Assembly: GCA_030704615.1 (NCBI GenBank) | Contig: CM060733.1 | Span: 49,724,001 to 49,788,000, forward strand | From: Takakia lepidozioides | Lineage: Eukaryota; Plantae; Bryophyta | Direction of reading: 5' to 3' | Length of the DNA: 64,000 bases | Shown: piece by piece, positions 59,664 through 64,000 of the stretch | How positions within the stretch are numbered: position 1 is the first letter of the stretch | Layout of the letters: each line of letters opens with the position of its first letter | The notes under the pieces: generated by a model | Databases searched by the model: none | Seen by the model: the letters and a program-made list of their open reading frames with translations, nothing else | Told to the model about the DNA's origin: nothing | Translations under genes and position numbers: made by a program

Positions 59664-62600
59664 CGCCCACGTCTTACTCCCAATTATCGCGTGCAAATCT
59701 CCTGTAATCGCACTGTATTCTCAATCAAGATAAGGCACCCACCGACACAAACGGAAAATGAGAGAAAAACAGTGTACTGGAGAGAAACAAACTAGAGATG
59801 GTGACCATATAGACCTCGTCACCTCTGTTTTCAAGTTTGACTACATCCGAGACACCATATAACACAACCTGGGGGGACGATCTTCACACAAAGTTCCTCA
59901 GGAGCCCCATCGCCAGCTTTTGGATGGTCTGGACCCTCCAACTTTCCGGTAGCATATAGGGGAGTCCTATTTGCAGTTTTACTGCCAGCTCAAACATGCA
60001 TCCACTCCTCACCAGCATTCACTATTATCGAAACAGAGATATAGTGTATGTGCGCGTGAAAATCCCTCTGATCGCAAATGCCCACAACCTTCACAAATGG
60101 GTGTCTAGCTTGACTCCTCAATCGCCTTCCAAAAGCTTTGAGAGCTGGGTTGGTCCGCGGCAGATTTGGTGAGGCCAGAAGCTACACAACACAAAAAATG
60201 CACTACAGTACTGAAGTTGTGCAACTTTAGGTTGAACAGCGGCTACAATGAAGAGAAGAAATTGGGGGAATGAAGGTCCAGTGGCAGGGTGGAGTTCTTG
60301 ATTTATGATCTTGTGCCAGTTTTTGTGAGTGGGTGCATGCGTTTGAATTTCGAAAGGAATCTCACTGTATGCGTGGTTACCATCAGTATAGTCAGGAATT
60401 TTATTTCTACAGGAGAGCTATTTGAAGATTTGGCTTCAGAGCAGATTTGGCCTCATTAGCCTCTTCATTATGGACAGAGTGCAGGCTTGCAAGTGAATCA
60501 GACAGCTTTTTCAGGCAGACTCTGGGCAACAAGACCTACAATGATTACAGGGTGTAGGAGGTGTAGGTATGGTAAGTTCCTCACAGTTTCAGCTCTTTGC
60601 AGGGGCTAATGAATCCATGGATGATTACTTGGTGTGCTTAACCTTGGGATTTAGAGTAGATTCTAACCTCATATAGACGTATCTCTCTTTCTTAGTAATG
60701 CTTCGCTTTGTGTAATGTGATTGTCAATCTTGAAAATAAGATTGTGCAGAATTGTGTTGTATGTGAGCGCTTGCCCCAGCAGCATAAAACAAGAGCGTGT
60801 CTCTGAACAGGCATTTGGCACAACTCGCATATGGGCCAATGCTAGTAGTAATGATCAAACCAAGCCAAAGCTTCCATCATCCATGTTGAGAAACACCTAT
60901 CTATGAGGTAATGTTTCATCATATTGCCTCCACGCAACAGTGTAGCAAGATGATTTGCACAGAGTGGCTCCTTGCAGAGATGGTCTATCACAAATCAAAA
61001 GGTGCCAGTCTTTCACAGTCACAATTGTTCATCATGCACGTAAGAGGATTTGAGATGTCACGTGCACATAAAATGTGGGTTTGAAAATTAAACGTTGGGA
61101 CTATGCAGTGTCCATTTGCTGCAGATGTCTTTAGTAACTTTGTGGCTTCATTCCACAGGAGGCCTGCCCAAACATAGCTTTCAGATGCCACGAGCTCAGA
61201 TGCCAAGAGCTCATTTCAATGCGTACCTCCTCTGGACCTAACAAAGAGAGACTATTGTCATTACAAGGAACACAGAAGCACACCGTCCATCTGGAAGAGC
61301 CAAAATGGTACACATCTCCAGAGAAGCATCACAAAAGAAGCATCTACCTTTGACCACCTTCAGCTACGAATCTCTGGAAGCTATAGACCCACATATTGCT
61401 TTGCAATGATGTTAGAGAGATGACAAGATGCACAAGACATATTCACTCTGAACTCTAACCTCGACAATGTGACCAGCCATAACAGCCTCCTGATTCTCTG
61501 TTACCATTCCAGCACAAAAGCATTATTACAGAACACCGACTTCTCTGGAAACCAGGCTTGATGTTGGGTACACGAAGAGAAAGAGACAGCACGCGACAGA
61601 CAGCACATCAAGAGATAGGAAGACATGAACTTAATGCCACAAGGTCATTGACATGAGCCCAATCACTCACTGACCCAAAAATTAATGGATTTTGGGAAGC
61701 ATACTAAGTTATGGCAGCAGAGGCTATGGAACTCAATCAGGGAGATGACCAGTACCCGACACAATGGAAAAAGGAAGATCCACTCTGGATAATGTGACAG
61801 TGCACCTGCTTTCCAGCTTCCAGGCCTTTCATCATGATGCACTTATGCATGAGACAGACATAAGTATCTGCATCTGCTGAAAAGCCTCCTTGCTTCAAAT
61901 CTGTACAGCCTCTTTCATTTGCCCTGTCTCACATAGCATCCTCGCATGCCCAGACGTGCCAGAAGAGGTATTGCGGGCTCCCTTGGTCCTCGTCCGGAAG
62001 CTGTGGTCATGGTGGAGGTGCCTGACTTTATCAACTGTGTCGCTTCTGCTGCTTCCAATTGACAATCCGCCAATGCAGGTTTCTTGTTGCTAACAATCCA
62101 CAGGGAATCATAGGTACTCTTGCGCTTGAAATCGGGTCCTCTCGTATGAATCTGGACCCTAAGATGTGGCCATTTCAATCTCATGCTTGTTAGAGAGGAA
62201 TCCCTAATAAGCAGAATACATACAGAACTCGATTAATCTCAAAGAGCTTTACAGGGCAAGAGTATGTACGTATGTACATACCGAATTGCAGTCCGAAGAT
62301 GCAGGGATGCAGGAAACAATTCTGATCGCCATGACTGTTAGGGGAAATAAAATAACAGATATCGTTCATTTTTCTAGGCCGAAATGGATTCATACTCGAT
62401 GAAACATGGAGTGTAAAACCAGATTGGCCTCTCGAGTGTGGATTTCTTAAGTGTTCCAGCAAACCAGCATGTCAAGGGTCTAGAAAAAGAAGACAGGATA
62501 CCCGCCCCTCCTGCCTACTATAACCCGCCAAATCATTTGGTAAGCTCTACTCTTGTATATCGTCAACTCTCACAACAAAATCACTTGAACACAAAAGACA

Positions 62601-62790
62601 TGCTAGGCTGCATACCTGCAGTGAGCATCAAGGATTTGACTACGTTAAGTGGATGGCAATCCCCAATCGGGGGAAGATTGGGCACAGGATGGCCAAGAAG
62701 ATTTTGCTGAGCTCATAAACCAGATATTGTAATATGTGAGGCAAGGGATTCTGTGCTACACATCCCTAGCTTGGCGGAGAGATCCTGGCC

Positions 62791-62979
62791 ATGGCGAACA
62801 GTGACGGAGGGATACAGAAACATCGAGTGGCGGTGGTGGGGGGAGGATTGGCAGGATTGGCTGCGGCCCGCATGCTGTCATTACACGCGGACTTTAGTGA
62901 TGTGGTGGTGCTTGAAGCTGCTCCAACTCTGGGTGGACGCATCAAACATATCACTGGCCTGGTTCCTTGGCCTGTTGAG
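62791..62979 (+). CDS. First coding exon of a flavin-containing amine oxidase (PAO/LSD-like family); the gene presumably continues past the window
   Basis: MANSDGGIQKHRVAVVGGGLAGLAAARML...VVVLEAAPTLGGRIK...WPVE|gtaatc contains the GxGxxG dinucleotide-binding motif and the LEA...GGRI motif. Confidence 0.8.
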
Positions 62980-64000
62980 GTAATCATCTCTTTCAAACCC
63001 CTCTCCTAGTTAGAACTTGGGATACAGCAATCATGGGCAATGAACTAAAATTGCAACCCTACCTGGTTCCAACGTCACTGGTTACAGTAAATCTATCCAA
63101 AGAACTTGCAGTGCATGTCTTTTCTTTTCGGAAGATGGCTTTAAAGAAGCTGGAGCATCCAGTGAATCCAGAAGGTGATTCATAGTGAAGGTCTCGTGCA
63201 ATATTAGATCCAGTTTAATGGCAGTTAGATGGGCAATTAGATGGAAGACAAATATCTGAAAAAAAACTGGCCTGCAGGTTGGGCCGGAATTTCTTCATGG
63301 AAAGAAAAATTCCTCAGTGAAGCTGCTTGCTGATGAGATGGGTTGCCAACTGCGTGAGCTCCCCTATCATATCCTCCTTCCATGGCCCACATTCTCATTG
63401 AGTAGCAATTATACTTCATGTTACAAGCTTCACCCTGATACTAGTGGTTTGAGAAGACAGGTAAGAGAGGGGAAATGTTCATGAAGAATCAGATCTGTCT
63501 TTAGGTAGACTCTCAGTGCTGAAGGTTGCAAGGGCAAAAATTGGAAGGACAGGCTGCAGAGCTGCTTCAGTTTATGGCCAGAGAAAAGAAGAAAGTTATG
63601 TGACAGAGACAGTTGTATTCAGTGATTGCACCCTGTCAACATTCCCTGACTTGAGTGTAGGACATGGAACCCATGCTGCTGCTACCATTGGGGTCGGTTT
63701 CGGCAGCAAACCTTTCAATTGCTGTTGAGAGACTAGCAAGCGTGCTGGTTGTACTCTGACCTGGGGATACTATTACCAGAAATTCTAACGCTAGCAAAGG
63801 GGGATTGTGTTTCTCATTCACCAAAGTATGTGACTCAGCACAAAATTCCTAAACTGCTTGTGCATGGTTGGCAACAATCGGGTCACAGTAATTGAGTGTT
63901 GATTTTTGGGGTGGCATTGACTGACACTATGCATATCACCACTCTATAGTAGGAAACTACATTCCACAAATGTGATACTGGCCGTGATTGCACTTGCAGT

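Overview
Eukaryotic, intron-rich land-plant DNA, probably from a bryophyte or other non-seed plant (inferred from the host gene models and TE types). Host genes reconstructed by hand from splice sites and homology: a GH47 alpha-1,2-mannosidase of the MNS3 type (+, 9 exons, two LINE-filled introns), a MIF/D-DT-like gene (+), the mitochondrial ATP synthase 6-kDa subunit (-), a 3-hydroxyisobutyryl-CoA hydrolase-like gene (-, with one GC-AG intron) and the first coding exon of a flavin amine oxidase (+). The standout is an ~11.5-kb Ty3/Gypsy retrotransposon (39348-50844, -). It carries a C5 DNA-cytosine methyltransferase with motifs I, II, IV, VI, VIII, IX and X between protease and RT, and a PHD finger at the integrase C-terminus. 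It has no tRNA PBS but a candidate self-priming inverted repeat, hairpin-packed terminal repeats and unusual junctions, and it is nested in a TA-flanked MITE just upstream of the ATP synthase gene. An older decayed fragment of the same integrase-PHD type lies at ~4.7-5.0 kb. The first ~13 kb is mostly decayed TE sequence.
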